A model generated the notes under the pieces. That model was not told the origin of the DNA, made no database searches, and saw nothing but the letters and a program-made list of their open reading frames with translations. Made by a program: the position numbers and the translations under genes. A DNA stretch of 63,527 nt, the filler included, from Theionarchaea archaeon (lineage in GTDB: Archaea > Methanobacteriota_B > Thermococci > Methanofastidiosales > SZ-28-30): NCBI GenBank assembly GCA_018992565.1. It is 5 parts of 5 records of this genome, joined end to end, with 100 filler letters (N's around TTAATTAATTAA, not from the genome) between each part and the next. Parts side by side here need not be neighbours in the genome. Positions count along the whole stretch, not along the records: positions 24,860 to 49,093 come from JACVGW010000038.1; 4 more parts are not named here. One strand, given 5' to 3'. This document shows, one piece after another, positions 28,735 to 40,813 of the stretch (the stretch's first letter is position 1; every line of letters starts with the position of its first letter).

Positions 28735-31700
28735 ATGGATAGATGGCCTATTATTAAATCCTTTTTTGACGAGAAGAAATTCGTCAGACAGCACCTGGAC
28801 TCTTACAACGACTTTATAGAAAGGGGACTTCAACAAGTCATAGATGATCAGGAGGGCATAGAAACAGATATTGAAGGGTTCTATGTCAAGTTTGGCAGGA
28901 TCAGAGCAGATATTCCGCGAGCACGAGACGCAGATGGATCTACCCGGTTCTTATATCCTCAGGAAACCCGGTTGAGAGATCTCACGTATGCTGCCCCCTT
29001 GTTCCTTGAGTTAATACCAGTGACAGAAGAAGGAGACAAGGAACCTGTGGAAGTGGCAATTGGAGAACTCCCCGTCATGGTCAAATCCAGCCTGTGTGCT
29101 CTGCAGGGAAGGAGTGATGCAGAACTGGTGGAAGTGGGAGAAGACCCCAAAGATCCTGGCGGTTACTTCATCATCAATGGATCGGAGAAAGTCATAGTCG
29201 CTATCGAAGACCTGGCTCCCAACAAGATATTGATTGAACACAGTTCGCGAACCAATTCAGTGGTAGCCAAAGTGTTTTCCACCCGACATGGATTCAGAGC
29301 GCTGGTCAAACTTGAGCGAAAAAAGGATGGACTCCTGAGAGTGTCCTTCCCATCTGTCCCTGGCAAGATTTCCTTTGTTACCATTATGAAAGCTCTGGGG
29401 CTGGCCAGTGATCAGGACATTGTCAATGCTGTCTCTGCAGAACCTGAAATCCAGAAAGAGCTCCTGGACAACCTTGAAGAGTCTATTGACATTACCAATC
29501 AAGAAGAAGCATTAGATGTTGTGGGAAAACGGGTTGCTATCGGTCAATTGCAGGAATATCGTCTGAAACGTGCAGAATACAGTGTTGATCGATATCTGCT
29601 CCCCCATATTGGAACAGATCCTGAAGATAGAATTAGAAAAGCGTACTACCTGGGTATCATGGCGGACAGAGCCATTGAGCTGGCGCTCTTGAAGAGAGAA
29701 GAAGATGACAAAGATCACTACTCCTCCAAACGATTGAGACTGGCAGGTGACCTGCTGCAGAGCTTGTTCAGGTTGTCGCTGGTGCAGCTCACAAGAGACA
29801 TCAAGTACCAGCTGGAGCGTACCTACGCACGAGGGAAATTCCAGGAAGGGAAAGAACACGAATTCGTGAAAAAAGCGGTGCGCGCAGACGTCTTGACAGA
29901 AAGAATGCGGCATGCCATGGCCACAGGCCAGTGGCCAGGAGGAAGAACAGGCGTCTCTCAGCTTCTGGACACTGTCAACTACATGTCCAAGCTCTCGCAC
30001 CTGCGCCGTGTGGTTTCCATGCTGTCCAGGAGTCAGCCACATTTTGAAGCCCGTGACTTGCATCCTACACACTGGGGGAGAATCTGTCCTTCTGAAACCC
30101 CTGAAGGTCCCAACTGCGGGCTGGTTAAGAACCTGGCCCTGATGTGCGAAGTGGCAGTGGGAGTGGATGAAGAAGATATTGAACGATATCTGCTGGAGAT
30201 TGGAGTCAACAAAATATTGAAGAAAGCCCCCAAATCACTGACATTCGTCTACCTGAATGGTTCCCTGGTGGGGACTCATGAAGATGGGAGAGAACTGATA
30301 GCCAGAATCAGAGAAGACAGGAGGCAGTGCAGAATTCCCCATGCAGTCAATGTTGCATACTTTGAAGACACGAATGAACTCCAGATCAACTGCGATGGAG
30401 GACGGGCCCGGAGGCCCCTGATTGTGGTAGATGAAGGTGTACCCAGAATAAACGAAGAGACGGTAGAACAGATTCTACATGGCGATTTGCAGTGGAGTGA
30501 TCTCGTGGAGAGGGGACTGGTGGAGTACCTGGATGCTGAGGAAGAAGAAAATGCGTACATAGCTATTAAGGAGGATGAATTGTCTCCAGAACACACTCAC
30601 CTGGAGATCTTTCCCGCCACCATCCTGGGCATATCAGCCAGCATTGTACCATTCCCTGAACACAACGCAGCTCCCAGAAATTCCTACGGGGCTGGAATGG
30701 CCAAACAGAGTCTGGGCTTCGGATCGGCGAACTTCAAGCTGCGGGTCGAAACCCGGGAGCATCTCATGCACTACCCTCAGGGACAGCTGGTAACAACCAA
30801 GGTAATGAAAGCTGTTGAATTTGACAAACGCCCTGCAGGGCAGAATTTCATCGTAGCCGTTCTCTCGTACACAGGGTACAATATTGAGGATGCACTGATC
30901 ATCAACAAGGCTGCTGTAGAGCGAGGGCTGGCCAGAACCCACTTTTTCAGAACATACAACGCAGAGGAGCGGCGTTATCCTGGTGGACAGGTTGACATCT
31001 TTGAAATCCCGGATAAAACCATCCGTGGGTACCGGGGAGCTGAATCCTACAAGTACCTGGACGAGGATGGGCTGGTTTGGCCTGAGACCGTGGTGAATGG
31101 AGGAGAAGTGTTAATCGGCAGGACATCACCTCCTCGATTCCTTCAAGAACTGGATGAGTTCGGGACAGCCATCAGTGATCGTGAGGAAACCTCCATCTCT
31201 GCCAGAGTGTCAGAAACGGGAGTGGTTGATCTGACTCTGCTGACCGAGACTCAGGATGGGAACAAACTGGTGAAGATAAAAGTCCGAGACGAGCGTATTC
31301 CAGAACTGGGAGATAAGTTTGCCTCACGCCATGGGCAGAAAGGTGTTATTGGATTAATAGTCCCACAACAGGACATGCCCGTAACGGAATCAGGTATCAC
31401 TCCTGATATGATTGTCAACCCTCATGCTATTCCTTCCAGAAAGACAGTAGGGCAGATCCTTGAGATGATGGCAGGAAAGGCAGCATGTATACAGGGAGAA
31501 GTGATGGATGCTACAGCCTTTGATAATGTGGGAGAATCCGAGATCAGAGACATCCTCAGGGAGAATGGGTTCAAGAGCATTGGTACTGAACGGTTGTACA
31601 ATGGCATGACTGGGGAGTTGATTGAAGCTGAAATCTTCCTTGGAGTATGCTATTACCAGAAGCTCCATCACATGGTGGCAGATAAGATGCATGCCCGGTC

Positions 31701-32046
31701 ACGCGGACCTAGACAGATGCTCACCAGACAGCCGACAGAAGGAAAAGCCAGAGAAGGAGGGTTGCGATTTGGTGAGATGGAGAGAGACTGCCTGGTAGGC
31801 CACGGGGCTGCTATGCTTCTGAAGGAACGGCTCCTGGATGCCTCAGATACCTGCGAGGTTCTGGTTTGCGCCAAGTGTGGGGATATTGCCATTTATGACA
31901 GGATCCGGGACAGGCGGTACTGCCCCTCATGTGGGGAAGATACCGAAATCTACCCTGTGGAAATGTCTTACGCTTTCAAATTACTGCTTGAAGAGCTGAA
32001 ATCAATGTGTCTCTCACCAAAGCTACTCCTGAAGGAGAGGGCGTGA
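28735..32046 (+). CDS. rpoB: RNA polymerase subunit B (Rpo2), unsplit
   Basis: QHLDSYN, GYFIINGSEKV, ETPEGPNCGL, GDKFASRHGQKG, GGLRFGEMERD, C-terminal Zn ribbon. Confidence 0.99.
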   Translation: MDRWPIIKSFFDEKKFVRQHLDSYNDFIERGLQQVIDDQEGIETDIEGFYVKFGRIRADIPRARDADGSTRFLYPQETRLRDLTYAAPLFLELIPVTEEGDKEPVEVAIGELPVMVKSSLCALQGRSDAELVEVGEDPKDPGGYFIINGSEKVIVAIEDLAPNKILIEHSSRTNSVVAKVFSTRHGFRALVKLERKKDGLLRVSFPSVPGKISFVTIMKALGLASDQDIVNAVSAEPEIQKELLDNLEESIDITNQEEALDVVGKRVAIGQLQEYRLKRAEYSVDRYLLPHIGTDPEDRIRKAYYLGIMADRAIELALLKREEDDKDHYSSKRLRLAGDLLQSLFRLSLVQLTRDIKYQLERTYARGKFQEGKEHEFVKKAVRADVLTERMRHAMATGQWPGGRTGVSQLLDTVNYMSKLSHLRRVVSMLSRSQPHFEARDLHPTHWGRICPSETPEGPNCGLVKNLALMCEVAVGVDEEDIERYLLEIGVNKILKKAPKSLTFVYLNGSLVGTHEDGRELIARIREDRRQCRIPHAVNVAYFEDTNELQINCDGGRARRPLIVVDEGVPRINEETVEQILHGDLQWSDLVERGLVEYLDAEEEENAYIAIKEDELSPEHTHLEIFPATILGISASIVPFPEHNAAPRNSYGAGMAKQSLGFGSANFKLRVETREHLMHYPQGQLVTTKVMKAVEFDKRPAGQNFIVAVLSYTGYNIEDALIINKAAVERGLARTHFFRTYNAEERRYPGGQVDIFEIPDKTIRGYRGAESYKYLDEDGLVWPETVVNGGEVLIGRTSPPRFLQELDEFGTAISDREETSISARVSETGVVDLTLLTETQDGNKLVKIKVRDERIPELGDKFASRHGQKGVIGLIVPQQDMPVTESGITPDMIVNPHAIPSRKTVGQILEMMAGKAACIQGEVMDATAFDNVGESEIRDILRENGFKSIGTERLYNGMTGELIEAEIFLGVCYYQKLHHMVADKMHARSRGPRQMLTRQPTEGKAREGGLRFGEMERDCLVGHGAAMLLKERLLDASDTCEVLVCAKCGDIAIYDRIRDRRYCPSCGEDTEIYPVEMSYAFKLLLEELKSMCLSPKLLLKERA

Positions 32047-32050
32047 TACT

Positions 32051-34684
32051 ATGAGTCTAAAGGTGATTAAAGAGATAAAATTCGGGATACTCTCCCCCGA
32101 TGCCATCAGAAAAATGTCTGTCGTGAAGATTGTCACTGCAGATACCTACGATGATGAAGGATATCCCATTGAAAAGGGACTGGTAGACCCCCGTCTGGGT
32201 GTCATTGACCCTGGGCTGAAGTGCCGCACCTGTGGAATGCGGTTTGGTGAATGCCCGGGACACTTCGGCCACATCGAACTGGCCAGACCAGTCATCCATA
32301 TGGGGTATGCAAAGGAAATTTATAAGGTTCTAAAAGGAGTATGCCACAACTGCTATCGCGTCCTCCTGGATAATGACGAGATCAAGAAGTATTCCAAGCG
32401 ATTGAAAGAAGCCAAAGTGCGGGATGTGGAAAAGCAGAAAGTACTCAAGATTATTGCCAAACAGTCTGCTCGCCGCAGACGATATACCAAGAATAACATC
32501 TGCCCCCACTGCGGGGCGGAACTGCCGCGTATACGATTTGAGAAGCCCACAACCTACATGGAGAACACAGAGAAGCTGTCTCCTTCTGATATCCGGGCCC
32601 GATTGGAGAAAATATCAAATGAAGATGCAGAACTCCTGGGCTTTGATCCTGAGGTAGCGAGACCGGAGTGGCTCATACTGACTGCGCTGCCTGTAGCACC
32701 TGTGACAGTAAGACCCTCCATTACTCTGGAGAGCGGAGCTCGCTCTGAAGATGACATGACCCACAAGCTGGTGGACATTATCAGAATTAACCAGAGGTTA
32801 CGGGAAAACATCGATGCAGGTGCGCCCCAGTTGATTGTGGAGGATTTGTGGGAACTTCTCCAGTATCACGTGACCACCTATTTTGATAACGAAGTTTCTG
32901 GGGTCCCTCCTGCCAGGCATCGCTCAGGACGAGTTTTGAAGACACTGGCACAGAGACTCAAAGGGAAGGAAGGACGGTTCAGAAACAACTTGTCGGGAAA
33001 ACGGGTGGACTTTTCTGCCCGGACAGTCATCTCTCCTGACCCCAATGTATCCATTAATGAAGTGGGTGTGCCCACTCCAGTGGCCATGGAGCTGACAATA
33101 CCCGAGAGGGTAACGTATAAGACACGGGATGAACTGAGGAACCTGGTCCTGCGAGGTCCCTCCCAGCATCCTGGTGCAAACTACATAATCAGGCCTGATG
33201 GCCGCAGAAAGCGTATTCCTGCCAACGATGAAGAGCTGAGAAAGACCCTTGCAGAAGAGCTCGATGTGGGATACGTGGTGGAACGACACCTGCGAAATGG
33301 AGATGTTGTTCTGTTCAACAGACAGCCTTCCCTGCACAGGTTGAGCATCATGGCCCACGAGGTCAGGGTCATGCCGTATCGAACTTTCAGGTTGAACCTG
33401 TGTGTGTGTCCCCCATACAATGCGGATTTCGATGGAGATGAAATGAACCTCCATGTACCTCAGACAGAAGAAGCCCAGGCAGAAGCTCTTATTCTAATGC
33501 GGGTGCAGGAACAGATCATATCCCCCCGTTACGGAGAACCTGTCATTGGAGGGGTGCAGGATTATGTCTCAGGTGCCTATATTCTCACCAGAGACGGAAC
33601 AGAATTCACAAAACGGGAAGTCGAAGAGATGTTGTGCATGGCTGGCCTCGATGTTGATATCCCCCAGGACAAGAACCTCTGGACAGGAAAAGAAATATTC
33701 TCCCTGCTCCTTCCCCCTGACCTTAACGTGGAGTATAAGAACAAAATATGCAGACGATGTACCACCTGTAGGGAAAAAGACTGTCCCTATGATGGGTATG
33801 TGGTTATCAAAGACGGTAAACTCCTCAAAGGAGCTATTGATGGAATGGCGTACAAAGCACGATCAGAATGCAAACTCCTGGACAAACTGGTCAAGGATTA
33901 TGGTACAGATACAGGAAGAAAGTTCCTCGATTCCATCACTCGACTGATTCTGTGGGTTCTAGGCATGAAAGGTATAACTGTGGATATGAATGATGTAGAA
34001 CTTGACCAGGACGCAAAAGACAGAATTGAAGAAGTGCTCCTGGATGGGGAAAACAAGGTGGACAGGCTCATCGATGCATACCATAATGGAGAACTGGAAC
34101 CTTTGCCGGGACAGAGTCTGGAAGAGACTCTGGAGAAGAAAATCATGCAGGTTCTTGCTGCAGCCAGAGATCGGGCAGGGCAGATTGCTGAGGAGTATCT
34201 GGGAATGGAACGATTCTCAGTAATCATGGCCAAGACAGGAGCAAAGGGAAACATGCTGGACCTCACACAGATGGCTGCATGTCTGGGTCAGATGTCAGTA
34301 AGAGGAGAACGCCTGCACAGAGGATACAACAACAGATCGCTCTCACACTTCAAAGAGAATGAACTTTCTGCGCGAGCCAGAGGATTTGTTCGCTCATCTT
34401 ACAACAAAGGGTTGTCTCCTACCGAATTCTTCTTCCATTCTATGGGAGGAAGGGAGGGGCTGGTGGATACCGCAGTAAGAACAGCCCAATCAGGATACAT
34501 GCAGAGGCGACTCATGAATGCCATGCAGGACCTGAAGGTGGAGTATGACAGGACGGTAAGAGACAACACAGGATTGGTTATTCAGTTCATGTATGGTGAA
34601 GATGGAGTTGATCCTGCCCGCTCTGATTACGGAAAGGCAGTTGATATTGACTGGATCATTCACAAGCACATGGAGGCGGTTTAA
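32051..34684 (+). CDS. rpoA1: RNA polymerase subunit A' (Rpo1N)
   Basis: [17 protein letters not shown] catalytic motif, [11 protein letters not shown]. Confidence 0.99.
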   Translation: MSLKVIKEIKFGILSPDAIRKMSVVKIVTADTYDDEGYPIEKGLVDPRLGVIDPGLKCRTCGMRFGECPGHFGHIELARPVIHMGYAKEIYKVLKGVCHNCYRVLLDNDEIKKYSKRLKEAKVRDVEKQKVLKIIAKQSARRRRYTKNNICPHCGAELPRIRFEKPTTYMENTEKLSPSDIRARLEKISNEDAELLGFDPEVARPEWLILTALPVAPVTVRPSITLESGARSEDDMTHKLVDIIRINQRLRENIDAGAPQLIVEDLWELLQYHVTTYFDNEVSGVPPARHRSGRVLKTLAQRLKGKEGRFRNNLSGKRVDFSARTVISPDPNVSINEVGVPTPVAMELTIPERVTYKTRDELRNLVLRGPSQHPGANYIIRPDGRRKRIPANDEELRKTLAEELDVGYVVERHLRNGDVVLFNRQPSLHRLSIMAHEVRVMPYRTFRLNLCVCPPYNADFDGDEMNLHVPQTEEAQAEALILMRVQEQIISPRYGEPVIGGVQDYVSGAYILTRDGTEFTKREVEEMLCMAGLDVDIPQDKNLWTGKEIFSLLLPPDLNVEYKNKICRRCTTCREKDCPYDGYVVIKDGKLLKGAIDGMAYKARSECKLLDKLVKDYGTDTGRKFLDSITRLILWVLGMKGITVDMNDVELDQDAKDRIEEVLLDGENKVDRLIDAYHNGELEPLPGQSLEETLEKKIMQVLAAARDRAGQIAEEYLGMERFSVIMAKTGAKGNMLDLTQMAACLGQMSVRGERLHRGYNNRSLSHFKENELSARARGFVRSSYNKGLSPTEFFFHSMGGREGLVDTAVRTAQSGYMQRRLMNAMQDLKVEYDRTVRDNTGLVIQFMYGEDGVDPARSDYGKAVDIDWIIHKHMEAV

Positions 34685-35808
34685 TGGAACCGCTCCCTCT
34701 TTCTGTCAGAGAAGAGCTGACTGAAAAGCTCCTCGCGGCGAATGAGAAGAGGAACCTCACCATATCGCAGATTGATGCTATTATCCAGGACGTCCTGGAG
34801 GAGTACAACAGAGTGCTGGTAGACCCCGGAGAACCAGTGGGCACCGTGGCTGCCCAGAGTATTGGAGAACCCGGCACTCAGATGACCTTGAGCACCTTTC
34901 ATTATGCGGGGGTGGCAGAAATCAATGTCACTTTGGGACTACCTCGGATTATTGAGATTGTGGATATGCGTAGGAAACCCTCTACCCCCGTTATGACTGT
35001 ATTCCTAGAAGAAGGGTATAAGACTGATAGGGAAAAAGCATTGAGAGTAGCACGTCTTATTGAGGGAACCACAGTGGAGAATATAGCGAGATCTGTGGTC
35101 ATGGATGTTATCAATATGAACCTTGTGGTAACCCTGGATGAGTATAAATTGGATGACCAGAAAATTTCTATTGACGATATAATCAAAAAGCTTAAAAAGG
35201 TAAAGAATGTGGAAATGACGCAGGATGGTTTTTCTATCATCCTCAACCCAGGAGATGTTTCTCTGATGAAGCTGCGGAAGTTTGCCATGCGCGTGAGAAA
35301 TACCCAGCTGAAAGGCATCAAGAAGATCAAGCGCGCCTTGATTAGAAAAGAAGACGGTGAATATGTAATCTACACCGAAGGTTCGAAACTCACTGACGTT
35401 TTCAAACTGGAGGGAGTGGATACTACCCGTACTACAACCAATGATGTACGGGAAATTCACAAAGTGTTGGGAATTGAAGCTGCTCGTAATGCAATCATCA
35501 AGGAAATTAAGGAAACCCTGGATGAACAGGGTTTGGATGTGGAGGTACGACACATCATGCTGCTGGCAGACCTAATGACTGTTGATGGAGAACCCAAACC
35601 CATTGGCAGACACGGTATTTCAGGAGAGAAGTCCAGTATACTGGCCCGGGCCGCTTTTGAGGTTACCACTCGCCATCTCTTGGAAGCAGGGAAACAGGGA
35701 ATGGTGGATTCTTTGAATGGGGTCACAGAAAACGTGATCATCGGTCAGCCCATACCGGTGGGTACAGGCACAGTGGAACTGGTAATGAAGAGTAGAGAGG
35801 TGACATGA
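34684..35808 (+). CDS. rpoA2: RNA polymerase subunit A'' (Rpo1C)
   Basis: [38 protein letters not shown]. Confidence 0.98.
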   Translation: MEPLPLSVREELTEKLLAANEKRNLTISQIDAIIQDVLEEYNRVLVDPGEPVGTVAAQSIGEPGTQMTLSTFHYAGVAEINVTLGLPRIIEIVDMRRKPSTPVMTVFLEEGYKTDREKALRVARLIEGTTVENIARSVVMDVINMNLVVTLDEYKLDDQKISIDDIIKKLKKVKNVEMTQDGFSIILNPGDVSLMKLRKFAMRVRNTQLKGIKKIKRALIRKEDGEYVIYTEGSKLTDVFKLEGVDTTRTTTNDVREIHKVLGIEAARNAIIKEIKETLDEQGLDVEVRHIMLLADLMTVDGEPKPIGRHGISGEKSSILARAAFEVTTRHLLEAGKQGMVDSLNGVTENVIIGQPIPVGTGTVELVMKSREVT

Positions 35809-36108
35809 TTGGACGTAGGAAGGGAAATCAGAAAAGCAACCGAAACCGGAAGAGTGTTATTTGGAACTGAACAATCTCTCAAGAGCGTCAAGACGGGAGA
35901 AGCTAAACTGGTTATTGTGGCATCCAATGCCCCCGAAAAAACAAAGGAAGACCTTGAGTACTACTGCTCACTGACCCAGATCCCCGTGCATCACTACGAG
36001 GGAACCTCAGTTGACTTGGGTACACTGTGTGGAAAACCTTTTGTGATTTCAGTGCTCACTGTTATCTCACCTGGGGAAAGCAATCTGCTAATGGTGGAGG
36101 GTCACTAA
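35809..36108 (+). CDS. rpl30e: 50S ribosomal protein L30e
   Basis: TGRVLFG, KLVIVASN, LGTLCGKPF; TTG start after SD GAGGTGA. Confidence 0.96.
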   Translation: MDVGREIRKATETGRVLFGTEQSLKSVKTGEAKLVIVASNAPEKTKEDLEYYCSLTQIPVHHYEGTSVDLGTLCGKPFVISVLTVISPGESNLLMVEGH

Positions 36109-36539
36109 TGGGAGTTAAACTGGGAACTGAAGAAATACGATTCATCGGCCTCTTTGAAAGCCTGACAGGAGCAACTGTCATGGACTGCATCCTGGAGGAT
36201 GACAAGGGTCGAGTCGTGTTTGTAGTCAAAGAAGGTGAAGTCGGGCTGGCTGTTGGAAAAAATGGTGCCAACATACAGCGGGTGAGAGATCTCATTGGAA
36301 AATCTGTGGAAGTCATCGAATACTCGGATGATCCAACTTCATTCGTTAAGAACATACTGCGTCCGGCGCGGGTCCGTTCAGCGCACGTTTCTCAGCGCAA
36401 GGGAAACAAGAATGTGGTCATGCTGGATGTCCCCAAGAAGGACAGAGGGCTGGCTATAGGAAAAGATGGCCGCAATATCGGTCGGGCCAAGTATCTCATG
36501 AAACGGCACCACAATATTGATGATGTAATGATGATCTAG
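36108..36539 (+). CDS. nusA: Archaeal NusA-like transcription factor (KH domains)
   Basis: [39 protein letters not shown] overlaps the L30e stop (TAATG). Confidence 0.96.
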   Translation: MGVKLGTEEIRFIGLFESLTGATVMDCILEDDKGRVVFVVKEGEVGLAVGKNGANIQRVRDLIGKSVEVIEYSDDPTSFVKNILRPARVRSAHVSQRKGNKNVVMLDVPKKDRGLAIGKDGRNIGRAKYLMKRHHNIDDVMMI

Positions 36540-36547
36540 GTGAGAAT

Positions 36548-36982
36548 ATGAAAGGACCACGAGGTGAATTTGCAGCTCGGTCACTTGAAAGCAAGAGGCA
36601 GAAGTTGAGATGGAAAGACATAGCGTACAAGAGGAGAATGCTCAGGCTGGACGTAAAGTCAGATCCTTTGGAAGGAGCTCCTCAGGCACGAGCGATTGTT
36701 CTGGAAAAAGTACCTGTGGAGGCCAAACAACCCAATTCAGCTCTGAGGAAATGTGTCCGGGTTCAGTTAATCAAGAATGGACGCCAGCTGACTGCTTTCT
36801 GTCCCGGAGACGGGGCCATCAATTTCATAGATGAACATGATGAAGTCATTGTAGAGGGAATTGGAGGCAGAAAAGGAGGATCTATGGGAGATATTCCAGG
36901 AGTGAAATTCAAGGTTACAAAAGTCAACAGAGTCTCTCTGGAGGAGATGGTGCGAGGAAGGAAGGAAAAACCGGTGAGATAA
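36548..36982 (+). CDS. rps12: 30S ribosomal protein S12 (uS12)
   Basis: [27 protein letters not shown]. Confidence 0.99.
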   Translation: MKGPRGEFAARSLESKRQKLRWKDIAYKRRMLRLDVKSDPLEGAPQARAIVLEKVPVEAKQPNSALRKCVRVQLIKNGRQLTAFCPGDGAINFIDEHDEVIVEGIGGRKGGSMGDIPGVKFKVTKVNRVSLEEMVRGRKEKPVR

Positions 36983-37582
36983 ATGAAACTATTTCAAAAA
37001 TGGGACCCCGATGTTGAAGTAAGAGATCTTGGGCTAAAATCATATATCAATTTGAACCCAATCATTCTTCCTCATACAGGGGGCAGGGTGGAAGCAGTGC
37101 GATTCTGGAGAAGCAAGATGAATATCGTGGAACGGTTGATCAACAAGATCATGCGTTCAGGAGCTGCCAGCAGGAAGGTGGCTGGCCACTTCGTCAGGAG
37201 AAAGGGCGGATATACAGGGAAAAAGGCGTGTGCATACCAGACAGTGAAGAATGCATTTGATCTCGTTCAAAAGAAGACGAACGAAAATCCCCTGCAGGTC
37301 TTAGTCAGAGCTATCGAACATTCAGCTCCCAGAGAAGAGGTAACTACCCTGACCTACGGAGGAGTGAGATACCATCAATCTGTGGACATTTCTCCTCACC
37401 GCAGACTGGACATTGCCCTGAAGAATATCGCGTTGGGAGCTTCTGAGAAGACGTTCAAGTCCAAGACCTCCTACGAGAATGCTCTGGCAGAAGAATTGAT
37501 ACTGGCTGGCGAAGCTGACGTGAAGAGCTTTGCAGTGAACAAGAAAGAAGAAATCGAACGAATTGCCAAGAGTGCAAGGTGA
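36983..37582 (+). CDS. rps7: 30S ribosomal protein S7 (uS7)
   Basis: [18 protein letters not shown]...[18 protein letters not shown]. Confidence 0.98.
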   Translation: MKLFQKWDPDVEVRDLGLKSYINLNPIILPHTGGRVEAVRFWRSKMNIVERLINKIMRSGAASRKVAGHFVRRKGGYTGKKACAYQTVKNAFDLVQKKTNENPLQVLVRAIEHSAPREEVTTLTYGGVRYHQSVDISPHRRLDIALKNIALGASEKTFKSKTSYENALAEELILAGEADVKSFAVNKKEEIERIAKSAR

Positions 37583-37586
37583 TTTC

Positions 37587-39782
37587 ATGGGAAGAAAGGA
37601 AAAAATGGCAGAACTCGTGCACAAACTCATGTACAATCCTGACCAAATTCTGAATATCGGCATTGCTGCGCACATTGACCACGGAAAGACTACTCTCTCT
37701 GATAACCTCCTGGCAGGAGCAGGGCTGATGTCTGAAGATCTGGCAGGGAAACAGCTTGTCCTGGACTTTGACGAGCAGGAACAGAGCAGAGGTATCACAA
37801 TTGATGCTGCCAACATCAGCATGGTTCACGAATATGAGGAAAAAGAGTATTTGATCAATCTCATTGACACTCCCGGCCATGTGGACTTTGGTGGTGATGT
37901 TACCAGAGCCATGCGAGCCATAGATGGATGTATCATTGTAGTATGTGCAGTGGAAGGTGTCATGCCTCAGACAGAGACAGTTGTCAGGCAGGCACTAAAG
38001 GAACGAGTCAAACCTGTTCTCTTCATCAACAAGGTAGATCGATTGATCCGCGAACTGAAATTGTCTCCAGATGAAATGCAACGCCGGTTCATGAAGATCA
38101 TCACCCATGTGAACAAGCTGATTAAACAGATGGCTCCTGATGAGTTCAAGGAAGACTGGCAGGTTAACGTCAATGATGGTTCAGTAGCCTTCGGGTCTGC
38201 ATACTGGAACTGGGCTATATCTGTTCCCTTCATGCAGTCCACAGGATTGACCTTCAAGGATATTATTGAATACACAGAAAAGGACCAGCTGAGAGACCTG
38301 GCCAAGAGATCTCCCATTCATCAGATCATTCTGGACATGGTTGTCGACCACCTCCCCAATCCCTTGACTGCACAGAGATATCGGATTCCCAAGATATGGA
38401 AAGGGGATCCCGATTCACCCGTTGGCGAGCAGATGAAGGCAGTGAACCGCGAGGGAACACTGGCTATGGTTGTAACCAAGATTATTGTGGACCGCCACGC
38501 GGGGGAAATTGCCACAGGCAGGATTTTCTCGGGAACAGTCAGAGTGGGAGATGAAGTCTGGATCGTGGGAACCCGAAATAAGAGAAGAGTTGTGCAGTGC
38601 GGTATTTACATGGGGCCTGACCGCAAGAACATGGACGAAGTCCCTGCAGGAAACATTGTAGCTGTCACCGGGCTAAAGGAAGCCATTGCAGGTGAAACCA
38701 TTTGCGGCGGGGATGAACCCATTGCGCCCTTCGAGGCGATAAAACACTATTCTGAACCAGTGGTAACCGTAGCTGTAGAACCTGTCAACACCAAAGATCT
38801 TGCCAAATTGATTGAAGTGATGAGGCAGGTATCCAAGGAAGACCCTACAATTCAGGTGAAGATAGACGAAGAAACAGGAGAGTACTTGATGAGCGGCATG
38901 GGAGAGCTCCATCTTGAAGTGGTTGGTTACAGAATCACTCACAGCAAGGGAGTTGAAATCAGCACCTCTGAGCCTATTGTGGTGTACAGAGAGTCAGTTC
39001 AGGGAACATGTACAGATGTGGAAGGAAAATCTCCCAATAAGCACAACAAGTTTTACCTGCACGCAGAACCTCTGGATGACAATGTCTATCAGGCTATAAA
39101 AGATGGAAGTATCCCTGAAGGCAGGGTCAAAGGGAAAGAGCTGCAGCAGCAGCTCCGGGACCTGGGGATGGACAGAGATGAGGCCAGGGGAGTAGAAGAT
39201 ATCTACCAGGGAAACATGCTCTTGAATCTGTCCAAAGGAATTGTGCACATTGGCGAAGTCATTGAACTGATTGTTGAGGCATTCCACTCAGTGATGGACA
39301 AAGGACCAATGGCTGAAGAGCCAGTGATGAAGGTAAAAATCAAAGTCACCGACATGAAACTGCACGAAGATTCCATCCATCGTGGCCCTGCCCAGGTAAT
39401 TCCTGCTGTACGGCATGCACTCTTTGGTTCCATTTTGATGGCCAAAGATTCATTGTTTGAGCCCATCCAGAAATTGTGGGTACAGGCTCCTCAGGAGTAC
39501 ATGGGATCAATCACCAGGGAAATCCAGGGACGGCGAGGCCAGATCCTGGACATGGCACAGGAGGGAGAGCTAATCAGTATTGAAGCCAAGGTACCTGTGG
39601 CAGAGATGTTTGGGTTTTCAGGTGAAATCAGGTCTGCAACAGAGGGACGAGCCCTGTGGTCCACTGAAGTGACAGGATTTGAACAGGTCCCCGAGAATAT
39701 GCAGCCTGAAATCGTGCTGCAGATTAGAAAACGCAAAGGATTGAAGGTGGAGATTCCCAAACCAGAAAACTGGCTGACATGA
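37587..39782 (+). CDS. fusA: Translation elongation factor 2 (aEF-2)
   Basis: [22 protein letters not shown], diphthamide loop [17 protein letters not shown] before ATG 37587. Confidence 0.99.
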   Translation: MGRKEKMAELVHKLMYNPDQILNIGIAAHIDHGKTTLSDNLLAGAGLMSEDLAGKQLVLDFDEQEQSRGITIDAANISMVHEYEEKEYLINLIDTPGHVDFGGDVTRAMRAIDGCIIVVCAVEGVMPQTETVVRQALKERVKPVLFINKVDRLIRELKLSPDEMQRRFMKIITHVNKLIKQMAPDEFKEDWQVNVNDGSVAFGSAYWNWAISVPFMQSTGLTFKDIIEYTEKDQLRDLAKRSPIHQIILDMVVDHLPNPLTAQRYRIPKIWKGDPDSPVGEQMKAVNREGTLAMVVTKIIVDRHAGEIATGRIFSGTVRVGDEVWIVGTRNKRRVVQCGIYMGPDRKNMDEVPAGNIVAVTGLKEAIAGETICGGDEPIAPFEAIKHYSEPVVTVAVEPVNTKDLAKLIEVMRQVSKEDPTIQVKIDEETGEYLMSGMGELHLEVVGYRITHSKGVEISTSEPIVVYRESVQGTCTDVEGKSPNKHNKFYLHAEPLDDNVYQAIKDGSIPEGRVKGKELQQQLRDLGMDRDEARGVEDIYQGNMLLNLSKGIVHIGEVIELIVEAFHSVMDKGPMAEEPVMKVKIKVTDMKLHEDSIHRGPAQVIPAVRHALFGSILMAKDSLFEPIQKLWVQAPQEYMGSITREIQGRRGQILDMAQEGELISIEAKVPVAEMFGFSGEIRSATEGRALWSTEVTGFEQVPENMQPEIVLQIRKRKGLKVEIPKPENWLT

Positions 39783-39784
39783 AG

Positions 39785-39831
39785 CTTTTTCTCTCTTTTT
39801 CTTGGTAATTTACCCTTTTTTTCAGCTTTTT
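39785..39831 (+). terminator. T-rich archaeal terminator after fusA
   Basis: Several T5-T7 runs immediately after the stop codon. Confidence 0.6.
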
Positions 39832-39944
39832 GTAGGTTCTATGCCATGATGGTTCCATTGCGGTTTTGAACGATAGCCGTAACCTTCGTACCACCTTTCT
39901 TTCAAATTACCTATCCTTATAAGATGTTCCTCCTCTGAAAGTCA

Positions 39945-40724
39945 ATGCGCATCTGCATCATGTACTCTGGCTCAGTACCCTGCGTCTTTCTCAACAGCCT
40001 GTGCAACTGGTGTGATGTCTGCCAGTATTGTAACAGCTGCAGACCGCCATCGCTTGACTTTTGCCAGTACCTGTACGGCATCTTCAGAATACCTGATGAT
40101 TTACCTCCATTTCTGGATAATCCTCTTGATTACCTGCCTTCTCTACCAGACTGCGATCTGGTATTAGCCCTCAATGTGCACCCTGACCTCTTGCTGGAAC
40201 TGCCCTCAACACTCCCTCCATCGGTGAAAGCTGTACTAGTCCCTGCAGAAGCCCCCCATTGGGTGCAGCCGGGGCTAAGGGGACAGCTTCAGACTATCCT
40301 GCAGGAGAAAACCATAGAATGTGCATTTCCAAAACCGTTCTGTTCTCTGGAGTACCACCCGTCTCATCCTTTCATTAACCAAGTGATCTCTACTCTGAGA
40401 ATTGGCAAGCCAGTGGTGCACCTCGAGGTGAAGAGGGACAGTGTTTACAGGGCTGTCTGCCACATCAGCGCTCCCTGCGGGTCCACGTGGTACATCTGTG
40501 AGATGTTGAAGAACACATCCATTGATCACGTAGTAGAAACAGTAGCCAGAGCACATCATGCATACCCTTGTAATGCTTCCATGGCCCAAGATCCGGAGAT
40601 CAAAGACTCTCTCTTGCATGAGGCTGGATACATTGTGAGAGATGCTGTCTTGACTGCACTGCATACAGAAAGTAGTAGTGTCCGACCTTTTTTGGCTCCA
40701 GAGAGTATGTGGGAGTACGAGTAA
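39945..40724 (+). CDS. DUF166 family protein
   Basis: CxxCxxCR, HPDL, FPKPFCSL, SAPCGSTW, HHAYPCNASM...D...LHEAG. Confidence 0.8.
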   Translation: MRICIMYSGSVPCVFLNSLCNWCDVCQYCNSCRPPSLDFCQYLYGIFRIPDDLPPFLDNPLDYLPSLPDCDLVLALNVHPDLLLELPSTLPPSVKAVLVPAEAPHWVQPGLRGQLQTILQEKTIECAFPKPFCSLEYHPSHPFINQVISTLRIGKPVVHLEVKRDSVYRAVCHISAPCGSTWYICEMLKNTSIDHVVETVARAHHAYPCNASMAQDPEIKDSLLHEAGYIVRDAVLTALHTESSSVRPFLAPESMWEYE

Positions 40725-40813
40725 CTGACCTTTAAGCATTCCACTGACTGCATCATGTCCCTCCTGTAACCTCAGTGACAAACCTTTTTATGTACGCTCC
40801 CCAAGAGTAGGCA

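Noticed and set aside
36027..36107. N-terminal extensions of nusA (also fusA 37563, Roadblock fusion 41515, DUF35 61741, S-layer 25971, rSAM 60156)
   Set aside because: ORF-finder over-extension; downstream ATGs have SD or TATA support and match family N-termini.
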